The position numbers and the translations under genes are program-made. A stretch of DNA of 37,827 bases from Chthonomonadales bacterium (lineage in GTDB: Bacteria > Armatimonadota > Chthonomonadetes > Chthonomonadales > CAJBBX01): contig JBMFSQ010000031.1 of NCBI GenBank assembly GCA_049967475.1, positions 1 to 37,827 on the forward strand. The letters are read 5' to 3'. The notes under the pieces are model-generated. The model was not told the origin of the DNA. It was given only the letters and a program-made list of their open reading frames with translations, and ran no database searches. Positions 1 to 8,000 of this stretch are shown one piece after another (positions within the stretch are counted from its first letter, which is position 1; every line of letters starts with the position of its first letter).

Positions 1-134
1 GAACCTAGAGGCGTGTGGGACACAGGAACTCGGGCGAGCAGAGACGCCCTGCCCGGCGCGTGCACTCCTCGTGATCCCGGTTGGCCAGGTCTGGAAGGCC
101 ATATTCGCACAGCAGGAACGCCCCCGGCTTGCCC

Positions 135-1247
135 TCAGAACACAACGACGCTTCGGATGACGTTGCCGGCTTTCATCAGGTCAAAAGCCTCCTCTACCTG
201 CTCCAGCGAGATCGTACGGGACACCATATCGTCCAGGTTCAACGTCCCCTGCAGGTAGAGCTGCGCCAACAGCGGGAAATCGTGCGAGGGGAGGGTGTCT
301 CCGGCGTGACATACCCGTAGGGATGCTTTGTTCCAGTAGACGCCGGTAGCCATGTTTCCCAGATTGAGAGTGACGGCATCCTCTTCGGCGGGAAGCCCGA
401 TGGCCGTCGCCGTCCCCCCATAGGCCAGCATCCGAACGGCCTGCTCGATGCAGGCAGGGACGCCGGTGGCCTCGAGGGCAAACTCAACGCCTCCATCGTA
501 GCCGTCGTCGGTGAGCGCCCGCACCGCTGCGACCGGATCCTCGCGGGAACCATTCACTGTGTGGGTGGCCCCGAAGGTGCGCGCCCAATCCAGCTTCACA
601 GGGTTGATATCCACGGCGATGATTTGACGCGCGTGGGCCAGCCGAGCTCCCTGGATCACGTCGAGCCCTACGCCGCCGCACCCGATTACGGCGACCCTCG
701 CTCCCGCAAACACCGGAGTGGTATTGAGCGCGGCGCCCACACCCGTCACCACTCCGCAGGCGATGAGGCATGCCCGATCCAGCGGGATATCGGGAGGCAT
801 CTTGATGGCAGCGCGCGCGTGTACGATGGTGCGGGTGGCAAACGTGCCGCAGCGCGAAACCTGCGAACACACCGCCCCGTCCCGCTTCCTCCGGATACGC
901 GGGCCCGGCCGAAGGGCTACGTAGCACCGGCGCAGATCGCCCCTAAGGCATGCGGGGCACAAGCCGCAAGGCGCCCGGTAGGCCAGTACCACAGCGTCCC
1001 CAGGCTTCAGGTGCGTCACCCCTTCCCCTACTTCCTCCACGTAACCCGCGCCTTCGTGCCCCAGAATGATGGGGAAGGGCATCCCCATCCCTTTCAGGTT
1101 CTTCACGGTGAGGTCCGTGTGGCACACTCCGCTGGCCGCAAGGCGCACAAGCACCTCGTTGGGACCTGGCCCATCCAGAACGATCTCTTCCAATACAGCA
1201 TCTTCACCCGGCCCGTTCAGCATCATGGCGACCCCGATGCGATCCAT
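135..1247 (-). CDS. Zn-dependent alcohol dehydrogenase (MDR superfamily, class III / S-(hydroxymethyl)mycothiol dehydrogenase-like), ~370 aa
   Basis: GVCHTD and GHEGAG catalytic Zn motifs, structural Zn cluster CGLCPAC-x7-C, GCGGVG Rossmann motif. Start moved to ATG 1247, which follows a GGAGG SD. Confidence 0.9.
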   Translation of the reverse strand: MDRIGVAMMLNGPGEDAVLEEIVLDGPGPNEVLVRLAASGVCHTDLTVKNLKGMGMPFPIILGHEGAGYVEEVGEGVTHLKPGDAVVLAYRAPCGLCPACLRGDLRRCYVALRPGPRIRRKRDGAVCSQVSRCGTFATRTIVHARAAIKMPPDIPLDRACLIACGVVTGVGAALNTTPVFAGARVAVIGCGGVGLDVIQGARLAHARQIIAVDINPVKLDWARTFGATHTVNGSREDPVAAVRALTDDGYDGGVEFALEATGVPACIEQAVRMLAYGGTATAIGLPAEEDAVTLNLGNMATGVYWNKASLRVCHAGDTLPSHDFPLLAQLYLQGTLNLDDMVSRTISLEQVEEAFDLMKAGNVIRSVVVF

Positions 1248-1419
1248 AAAACCCCTCCCAGACGGTAGAGTTTCAATTAAACAACTTGCTCCGGCTCCAA
1301 CGATTGTAAGTAGCTTCGACAACGGGCGCCCGGTTCCTGCTCATCTGCGCAAAAGCAGGAATCCGTCCCGGCGCCAGGCAACACATTCTGTCGGCGAAGC
1401 GCCGATGGAAGGCCGCATC

Positions 1420-2271
1420 ATGGATCCTGTAGGAGCAGCATTTGGGTTGGGAGGCGCCGCAATCGGGACCATTCTGGCGCTGTACCTTCTGCAAAACCGC
1501 ATGATCTACCACCGGCGGCGATACCCGGCACAAGAGGCTGGGCCGCTGCCGGAAGGCGTGGAGGCGATCGAGTTTCATACGGCCGAGGGGCGCCAAACGG
1601 CTTTTTTGGCGAGACCTAGCTGCCGAAGCGGCCCGCCGAAGCTCTGGGTGCTTCTGGGAGGCAACGGATCCCTCGCGTTGGAGTGGGTGCCCTGGATGCG
1701 CGAAGCAGTGCCGCACGGCGCGTGTCTCTTGTTGGTGGACTACCCTGGCTATGGGTGGTGCGAGGGACAGCCTGGCGAAGAACCCATCACGCGGGCCGTG
1801 TGTTCTGCATTCGAGGCTGCAGCCGATGCGCTCGGTGAGGAGGCCCAAGTTTTGGCGCAACGCAGCGGCGTCATCGGGTATTCCCTTGGATGCGCTGCGG
1901 CGCTCGTGTTGGCTGAGCGCTACCCACTGCGCCAAGTGATCCTGCTGGCGCCCTTTACTCGGCTTAGGGACGTAGCTGCCCTGCGGGTGGGCTGGCCCTT
2001 GAACCTCCTCGTTCGCGACCGCTTCGACAATAGGGCAGCCCTTCAAAGACTTTCCCTCCGAGATGCTCCGCCGCAAGTCACAATCGTGCACGGCACTGAA
2101 GACCGCGTCGTTCCCTTTCGGATGGGATCGCGCCTTGCCGCAGCCCACCCGCAGTGGGTACGCTTCGTGGCAGTGAAGATTGCCGATCACGACACCTTAC
2201 CGGATGCCGCACTCATGCTGCTTCAACAACTGACGGGCGATGCCGGAGGAGAACACCCATGCAGATCCTGA
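1420..2271 (+). CDS. Membrane-anchored alpha/beta hydrolase, ~283 aa
   Basis: N-terminal hydrophobic helix, GGNG oxyanion motif, GYSLG nucleophile elbow, HGTED (Asp), DHD (His). Start ATG 1420 after GGAAGG; ATG 1405 is an alternative. Confidence 0.85.
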   Translation: MDPVGAAFGLGGAAIGTILALYLLQNRMIYHRRRYPAQEAGPLPEGVEAIEFHTAEGRQTAFLARPSCRSGPPKLWVLLGGNGSLALEWVPWMREAVPHGACLLLVDYPGYGWCEGQPGEEPITRAVCSAFEAAADALGEEAQVLAQRSGVIGYSLGCAAALVLAERYPLRQVILLAPFTRLRDVAALRVGWPLNLLVRDRFDNRAALQRLSLRDAPPQVTIVHGTEDRVVPFRMGSRLAAAHPQWVRFVAVKIADHDTLPDAALMLLQQLTGDAGGEHPCRS

Positions 2272-3560
2272 TAGATCCCATGGCCTTTGCCTTCCCCGAA
2301 ATCCTGATGCCCCCTGTGTGGCGCGTCGTTCAACGCCGTGCGACCCCGGAGCTGACCGACGTTGCCGCTGCCGCCCGGGAAGCCGCTGCCCGTCTCTGCC
2401 GCGATCCGCGCATCGCACCCGGAGCCTCGGTAGCGGTGGGCGTCGGAAGCCGCGGCATCTGGAGGCTGCCGGAGATCGTGGCGGCCGTCATCGCGGAACT
2501 GAAGGCGCACGGGGCGCACCCCTTCATCGTGCCTGCGATGGGCAGCCACGGAGGCGCCACAGCCGACGGGCAAAGGAGGGTGCTGGAAAGTTACGGCATC
2601 ACGGCTCAGGCCGTAGGGGCGCAAATCCGGGCCACGATGGAGGTGGTGCAGGTAGCCACTCTGGAGGACGGATACCCCGTATACTTCGACCGATATGCCC
2701 TGGAAGCCGACGCCGTAGTGGTGATCAACCGCATCAAGCCCCATACGGATTACCACGGCCCAATCGAGAGCGGCCCATCCAAGATGTGCGCCATCGGCTT
2801 GGGCAAACTGCAGGGAGCCCTCACCATCCATCGTTACGGCGCCACAGGGCTTAGGGAAATCATCCCTCGTGTGGCCCGCAAGATCGTCGAAGCGTGCCCC
2901 GTGGTAGGAGGCGTGGCCATCCTCGAGAACGCGTATGGGCGAACGGCCGAAATCCATGCCCTTCCCGCCGCCGATATGGCCGGCGAGGCCGAAAGCCGCT
3001 TGCTTGAGCGAGCCCGCCAACTCATGCCCGCCCTCCCGTTCCAGCAGATAGACGTTCTGGTAGTAGATGAGATGGGGAAAGATATCAGCGGCGCCGGCAT
3101 GGACACCAACGTAATCGGAAGGGTGGAGATGCCCTCGATCCCCGAAAGCGAGTGGAATGGGCCCTGCGTGCGGTGCATCTGCGTTCTAGATCTTACGGAG
3201 GCATCGCATGGGAATGCCGCTGGATTGGGTCTGGCAGATTTCACCACACGGCGCCTCATCGAGAAGTGCGACTTTGCAGCCACCTTCACCAATTCACGTA
3301 CGAGCCACGAAGGGGGCGTGCGGCGCCTCAAGCTGCCCATCATTCTGGAGAATGCGCAGGAGTGCGTGCGTGCGGCCATCGCCACGTGCGGACGCGGCCG
3401 GGCCGAAGAAGTACGGATGGTGCGCGTGCGCAACACCGAGCGGCTGGAACTGATGGAAGTGTCCGAGCCGCTCCTGGCCGAGGTGCGCAGCCGGCCGGAT
3501 CTGCAAATTGCAGCCGGCCCTCTTCGCTTCGATCCGGACACGGCCCTTCCGACGCCGTGA
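2259..3560 (+). CDS. Lactate racemase (LarA)-like / DUF2088-domain protein, ~433 aa
   Basis: VGVGSRGI, VPAMGSHGGAT, NRIKPHT and GKDISGAGMDTNVIGR motifs typical of the family. GGAGGA SD before ATG 2259; overlaps the upstream gene's end. Confidence 0.75.
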   Translation: MQILIDPMAFAFPEILMPPVWRVVQRRATPELTDVAAAAREAAARLCRDPRIAPGASVAVGVGSRGIWRLPEIVAAVIAELKAHGAHPFIVPAMGSHGGATADGQRRVLESYGITAQAVGAQIRATMEVVQVATLEDGYPVYFDRYALEADAVVVINRIKPHTDYHGPIESGPSKMCAIGLGKLQGALTIHRYGATGLREIIPRVARKIVEACPVVGGVAILENAYGRTAEIHALPAADMAGEAESRLLERARQLMPALPFQQIDVLVVDEMGKDISGAGMDTNVIGRVEMPSIPESEWNGPCVRCICVLDLTEASHGNAAGLGLADFTTRRLIEKCDFAATFTNSRTSHEGGVRRLKLPIILENAQECVRAAIATCGRGRAEEVRMVRVRNTERLELMEVSEPLLAEVRSRPDLQIAAGPLRFDPDTALPTP

Positions 3561-3573
3561 TCCCGCCCAGCTT

Positions 3574-4314
3574 CTAGACGTGCTCGCCCTCCATTTCCCC
3601 CAGACTGATGGCTACATCTTTGCGATCCTCGATCTTGGCGATCTTGCCGTCACGGATCCATACGATGCGGTCCGACACATTGAGCATCTTTAGGTCATGC
3701 GTAGCAGAGATCACGGTAACGCCCTGCTCCTGGTTGAGCTTGCGCAGGAGTTCGATGATCTCTTGCCCGGTTTTGAGGTCCAGATTGCCCGTGGGTTCGT
3801 CTGCGAGGATGATGGAGGGGTTGTTGGCGAGGGCGCGAGCGATGGCCACCCGCTGCTGCTGGCCGCCCGAGAGTTCAGACGGCTTGTGGTGTAGCCGCTC
3901 TCCCAATCCCACCATATTCAGGAGTTCGATGCCGCGCTCGATGCCTTCATCGGTAGGCATCCCCGCGAATACGGTAGGCAGAGTTACGTTCTCCAGAGCG
4001 GTCATGACGGGGATCAGGTTAAAGGTCTGGAAAATGTATCCTATGGTGTGGCAGCGCAGATACGCCAGCTCCTGAGCATCCAGTTGCGCCATATCCACAT
4101 CGTTGATGAAGACTGTCCCGTGCGTGGGTCTGTCCAGACCTCCGATGGCATTGAAAAGAGTAGACTTGCCGGATCCGGAAGGGCCCATGATGGAGATGTA
4201 CTCGCCGCGGTAGATATCCAAATCCACGCCGTTGAGGGCCCGCAGAACCTGATCGCCCATTACGTACTCTTTCACCAGGTCCTTGGTCCGCACTACGTAT
4301 TCATTCGTTGCCAT
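3574..4314 (-). CDS. ABC transporter ATP-binding protein, LolD/MacB-like, ~246 aa
   Basis: Walker A GPSGSGKS, IGYIFQTFNL Q-loop, LSGGQQQR signature, ILADEPTGNLD Walker B/D-loop, THD switch. Start MATNEY at 4314. Confidence 0.95.
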   Translation of the reverse strand: MATNEYVVRTKDLVKEYVMGDQVLRALNGVDLDIYRGEYISIMGPSGSGKSTLFNAIGGLDRPTHGTVFINDVDMAQLDAQELAYLRCHTIGYIFQTFNLIPVMTALENVTLPTVFAGMPTDEGIERGIELLNMVGLGERLHHKPSELSGGQQQRVAIARALANNPSIILADEPTGNLDLKTGQEIIELLRKLNQEQGVTVISATHDLKMLNVSDRIVWIRDGKIAKIEDRKDVAISLGEMEGEHV

Positions 4315-4360
4315 GGTTCGATCCTCGTGTTCGATGCGTTGTCGGACAAGATGTTGCGTC

Positions 4361-5092
4361 CTAAATCTCCACGCGCAGAGCGGCGGCGGGAGGCATCTGG
4401 GCAGCCCGGATGGCCGGGAAAATGGTAGCGATAAAGGTAAGCAATGTGCCGATAACGGCGGCTTCCACACCGAGGAGGCCGCTGGAACTCCAAAACTGGC
4501 CGCCGAAGACAACCGTTCCATCGCTCATCAAATGCACCAGGGATATCACCACCCATCCGGCAACAAAGCCCAGCACGGATGCTATAAGCCCCAGCAGGCA
4601 CGACTCTATGAAGAAGAGCTTCACGATGAAGGAGTCCAGGGCGCCCAAGCATTTCATCGTCCCGATCTCTTTGTAGCGCTCGGTCACCGACATCAACATG
4701 GCGTTGGTGATGCCCACGGTGCATACGATAAGGGCCATGATGGAGAGCCATTGGAGGCGATCGGCTGCGGAGCGGCGGTCTGCAGCGCTGAGGGATGCGC
4801 TCAGGATCTGGCGGGTGTCTTCCGCCGTAGGTTTGAGGCGCCCCTGTTCGATGGCGATGCGCTTCTCGGTAATGATGCGGTCCTGTATCTGCGAGAATGT
4901 GGCAGACATGCGAACCGAGGTGAAGAAGGCAATGCCCAGAAAGATGCCGGCCGCCGTGATGACGGATCGCCAAAAGCGGATCCTAATGGATTTCAGGCTG
5001 ATCTCCACAGCCTTGGAGAAGGGCAATTGCATCCTGCGCTTGTCTATGCCCGCCCTGGCCACCGGTTTGGCCTTTACGCCGTTGACGCTCAT
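4361..5092 (-). CDS. Small FtsX/MacB-family ABC permease, 243 aa
   Basis: RSVITAAGIFLGIA (TM1) and GITNAMLMSVTERYKEIGTMKCLGA FtsX core, C-terminal PAIRAAQMPPAAALR. Four TM segments; ATGA overlap with the upstream stop. Confidence 0.9.
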   Translation of the reverse strand: MSVNGVKAKPVARAGIDKRRMQLPFSKAVEISLKSIRIRFWRSVITAAGIFLGIAFFTSVRMSATFSQIQDRIITEKRIAIEQGRLKPTAEDTRQILSASLSAADRRSAADRLQWLSIMALIVCTVGITNAMLMSVTERYKEIGTMKCLGALDSFIVKLFFIESCLLGLIASVLGFVAGWVVISLVHLMSDGTVVFGGQFWSSSGLLGVEAAVIGTLLTFIATIFPAIRAAQMPPAAALRVEI

Positions 5093-5514
5093 TTAGTACC
5101 CCTCGCTTTCTCGTAGAAACCGATCAGGTTGCGTTCCGCCAGCATCTGCAAATAAGCCGTTACCGAAAGCTCCACCTCGCGCCGGTTCATCTTGTACTGC
5201 GCACACGTTTTCTGGACGATACTCTCTACGGTATTCGACCCGTCGCAGAGCGCCCACACGAATGTTCCCACCTCATCCAACTGGATGGAGCGCGATTTGG
5301 GCACCGCCACGATCGCGCTGAGTATGCGCGAGAAGCGCCTCTCCCGAAGCGGGATGCGCAGCAGAGCTTCGCCCTCCGTATTGCGGTCCCATTCCACCAG
5401 CGAATTGCGCACGGGCCTCAGCCGGAACGCAGCTTGGCGATCCACATTAGGCGCCAGCTTCAAAAAAGGCAAATAGCGGCCTGCCGCAAACCTCAGCTTC
5501 GCGATCCATGGCAC
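5089..5514 (-). CDS. PqqD-family (RiPP recognition element-like) protein, ~141 aa
   Basis: IQLDEVGTFVWALCDGSNTVESIVQ...YLQMLAERNLI matches the PqqD winged-helix pattern. Start uncertain (GTG 5514 or 5520), overlapping the upstream stop at 5493. Confidence 0.8.
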   Translation of the reverse strand: MPWIAKLRFAAGRYLPFLKLAPNVDRQAAFRLRPVRNSLVEWDRNTEGEALLRIPLRERRFSRILSAIVAVPKSRSIQLDEVGTFVWALCDGSNTVESIVQKTCAQYKMNRREVELSVTAYLQMLAERNLIGFYEKARGTK

Positions 5515-6521
5515 TCGCACCGGTCTGCCACCTCGTCGAGCAAGTCGGGGTTGCGCCCTGGGCGCCAAAGCTGCACTGCGTAGATTCGGTTGCTCTGAGG
5601 GCACGCCCACGCACAACCGGAGTACCACAGGGCGGGGCGCAACGATGCGCCGCTGCGGAACCACAGGGCAGCCCGCCGAAGCAGGTTTGCCGGCGTACCT
5701 CGAGCCTCCACACTGGGATGGCCGTTACGGGTCAGCCCATCCTCCTGCGCGGCTACCGGAGGCGCACACACCTGGCGAAACCATTCCGCCAGAGTGAACT
5801 TCTTGAGGGCCACATTCGCCAGTCCCCATCGCTCGAGACGCAGACGCTCGCCGGGCCGCTCCAACTCGAGGAGAAGATAGCCGGACATGAGTTTGTGGCG
5901 CACGAGCCGGAAATCTTCGGGAGCGGCACCCACAAAGTCATAGAGCGCCCAAGTTGTCCACCCATCCTCCGGATGATCCACCATGGAGCTGAAGAGGCCG
6001 GCTGCGGTTTGCGCCACGTCGTCTCTCTGGCGCCCCACAACCTGCGCGATGACCGTGCGCCCGCAATAGGAGCAGCGCCAGATCTTCCCCTGGCCCTGAT
6101 CGCCTGCGGACCAACTGAAGTGATGCGCTTGGCGCATACCCCCAGCCTCTTGCACCCAGGGCTTGATGCGGTATTCAAAGGCGCCTTTGCTTTTGCGAGC
6201 CTGTTTCCGTGTGTCTGTGAGGAAGGCTTCCAGAACAGCGCGCAGTTCGGGTTCCGGCGGCGTCGCCGCTCTAAGGAGCCTAATCCTCCTGAGCGCGTGG
6301 AGCGTGTAATCGAAGAGTGTCCTCGGCTTCGGGGCGGCGCGATCCGTCCACCGGATCTGGGCAAACATCGTACCAGGGGAATCAACTTTGAGGTATCCCC
6401 CGTGGGGCTCTATCGAGAAGCCTGTGAGGTTCCAGTCGGAGGGCAAAACGAAGCGGATGCCCTGCCATCCGATTAGGGTACGGGTTTGTGATGCAGTTGT
6501 GACGCGGGCCGTTGAGGGCAT
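5493..6521 (-). CDS. Hypothetical protein with two internally similar domains carrying Cys/His motifs, ~342 aa
   Basis: Long ORF tightly packed between operon neighbours; ATG 6521 lies 4 nt after the upstream stop. Repeated W-x-C-x-x-[CS]-x-R motifs. Confidence 0.75.
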   Translation of the reverse strand: MPSTARVTTASQTRTLIGWQGIRFVLPSDWNLTGFSIEPHGGYLKVDSPGTMFAQIRWTDRAAPKPRTLFDYTLHALRRIRLLRAATPPEPELRAVLEAFLTDTRKQARKSKGAFEYRIKPWVQEAGGMRQAHHFSWSAGDQGQGKIWRCSYCGRTVIAQVVGRQRDDVAQTAAGLFSSMVDHPEDGWTTWALYDFVGAAPEDFRLVRHKLMSGYLLLELERPGERLRLERWGLANVALKKFTLAEWFRQVCAPPVAAQEDGLTRNGHPSVEARGTPANLLRRAALWFRSGASLRPALWYSGCAWACPQSNRIYAVQLWRPGRNPDLLDEVADRCECHGSRS

Positions 6522-6525
6522 CTCA

Positions 6526-7095
6526 CTAATCCGATCGGATAGGGCGCTTGGCGCTTTCCGGAGCAAACTTGGCGAAGCCGGCCACATACCCTATGAAGTT
6601 TCCGCGCTCCAAAGGCGCACGCTTCTGAGCACGCACGAAATGGCGGCCGGGGTACGGAAGGCTTGTAAGAGCATCGTGGGCGCTTCGAACGAGGCTCTCA
6701 CTATCATATACGATGGGCGCATGGTCCGGATCATTCACTTTGCTTCGGAACCTTGCAGACATGCTGTCGTTCATGGCGTATCCGTAACGGTCCTCACCCG
6801 GGGCACTCACGACCGGGCAATGGTATCTTCGATCATCCCCTGTGTAGAACAGGGTGCGGTCCACCCACCCCGGTGCAGGCGGAAAGCGCTCATCGTAGTC
6901 ATCCGAGTACATTCGGAACGCGCGCGTCAACCGGAAGACGTTGCCGGCGCACACCACCGATTGCCCCAGGGCGCGCAGGGGCACCAAAAGCCCTCGCAGC
7001 AGGTAGGCCACAACCGCCAATACGCCCACCACGCATAGTGCGGCCACCGCCACCGTTCGCAGCCAGCTCCCGGTGGCCGCCTCATCCAAGCGCAT
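6526..7095 (-). CDS. Single-TM DUF1559-like protein with degenerate H-X9-DG tail, 189 aa
   Basis: TM helix followed by C-x-x-N...MYSDDYDERFPP...HCP...YGYAMN...YDS...PGRH. Clear paralogue of 7106-7942. Confidence 0.75.
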   Translation of the reverse strand: MRLDEAATGSWLRTVAVAALCVVGVLAVVAYLLRGLLVPLRALGQSVVCAGNVFRLTRAFRMYSDDYDERFPPAPGWVDRTLFYTGDDRRYHCPVVSAPGEDRYGYAMNDSMSARFRSKVNDPDHAPIVYDSESLVRSAHDALTSLPYPGRHFVRAQKRAPLERGNFIGYVAGFAKFAPESAKRPIRSD

Positions 7096-7105
7096 TCTGC
7101 AATCC

Positions 7106-7942
7106 TTACGGCGGAGACACGGCTTTCACAGTGCCATCCGCATAGAGTACATAATCCCGCCCATCGTGCCGGCCGGGTTTGGGAAGGCTGGCGAAATCTG
7201 CGTGGGCGTTGGCAGAAAGGTCTACGGAATCGTAGATGAGCGGCGTTGTTGCAGCACCGTGCAAGGCCGCAGGAGCCTTCCCGCCCAAGGCAGGGTTCAT
7301 GGAGTAGCCGTAGCGCGTGCCGGATGCCGGCCCCAATGCAGGGCAATGGAACGCTTCATCCCGAGGTACCCGATCCCGAATGCAATCCATCCACCTTTCG
7401 GCCGGCGGTAATCTGCCGTCCCAATCATCCATATAGAACTGCATCGCCTTGTAGATCTGAGCCAGGTTCTCCGGGCACGATGCCGGCTGCGTCTGGGCAG
7501 GCGCATGATTGGCCGGCGCAAATGCCAAAAGCGTGTCTCGAACGGTCCGCGCATTCGGAACGAAATAGTAGAGCCCTGCCGCTACCACAGCTAACCCGAT
7601 CACCTTCGGCAGGAAGCCGGCAGCACCCATCAGCGCACCGCCGGTGAGGGCCGATGCTACCAGCGGTCCATAGTAGAAGAGGGGTCCAGCCACCACCGTT
7701 TGATTCCCAACCCGGATCTCTTGATGCGAGAGCCACACAAAAAGCCCGCCCCAAACAAGACCCGGGATCAGACCTGCAAAGAAGGCTGCCACGGGACGCC
7801 GTGCCGCACGCCCGCCGGCTAATCCGGCAATGAGAGCCCCGGCCAAAGGGATCCAACCCAGCAGCACCGAGAGCAGCAGCGTGTAGATCAAACCCCGCAG
7901 GAAGGAACCCCGCGGCCGCGTGTTGTCCCCTACGATACCCAT
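7106..7942 (-). CDS. Multi-TM membrane protein with C-terminal DUF1559-like / H-X9-DG domain, 278 aa
   Basis: Gly-rich N-terminal TM bundle, then CPENLAQIYKAMQFYMDDWDGRLPP...FHCP...YGYSMN and an exact H-DGRDYVLYA-DG motif. Confidence 0.8.
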   Translation of the reverse strand: MGIVGDNTRPRGSFLRGLIYTLLLSVLLGWIPLAGALIAGLAGGRAARRPVAAFFAGLIPGLVWGGLFVWLSHQEIRVGNQTVVAGPLFYYGPLVASALTGGALMGAAGFLPKVIGLAVVAAGLYYFVPNARTVRDTLLAFAPANHAPAQTQPASCPENLAQIYKAMQFYMDDWDGRLPPAERWMDCIRDRVPRDEAFHCPALGPASGTRYGYSMNPALGGKAPAALHGAATTPLIYDSVDLSANAHADFASLPKPGRHDGRDYVLYADGTVKAVSPP

Positions 7943-8000
7943 TCGGTAGGCGATCCATCCATTTGGAATATGTGGCTCGGCGACATTCGCCGTGAACTCC

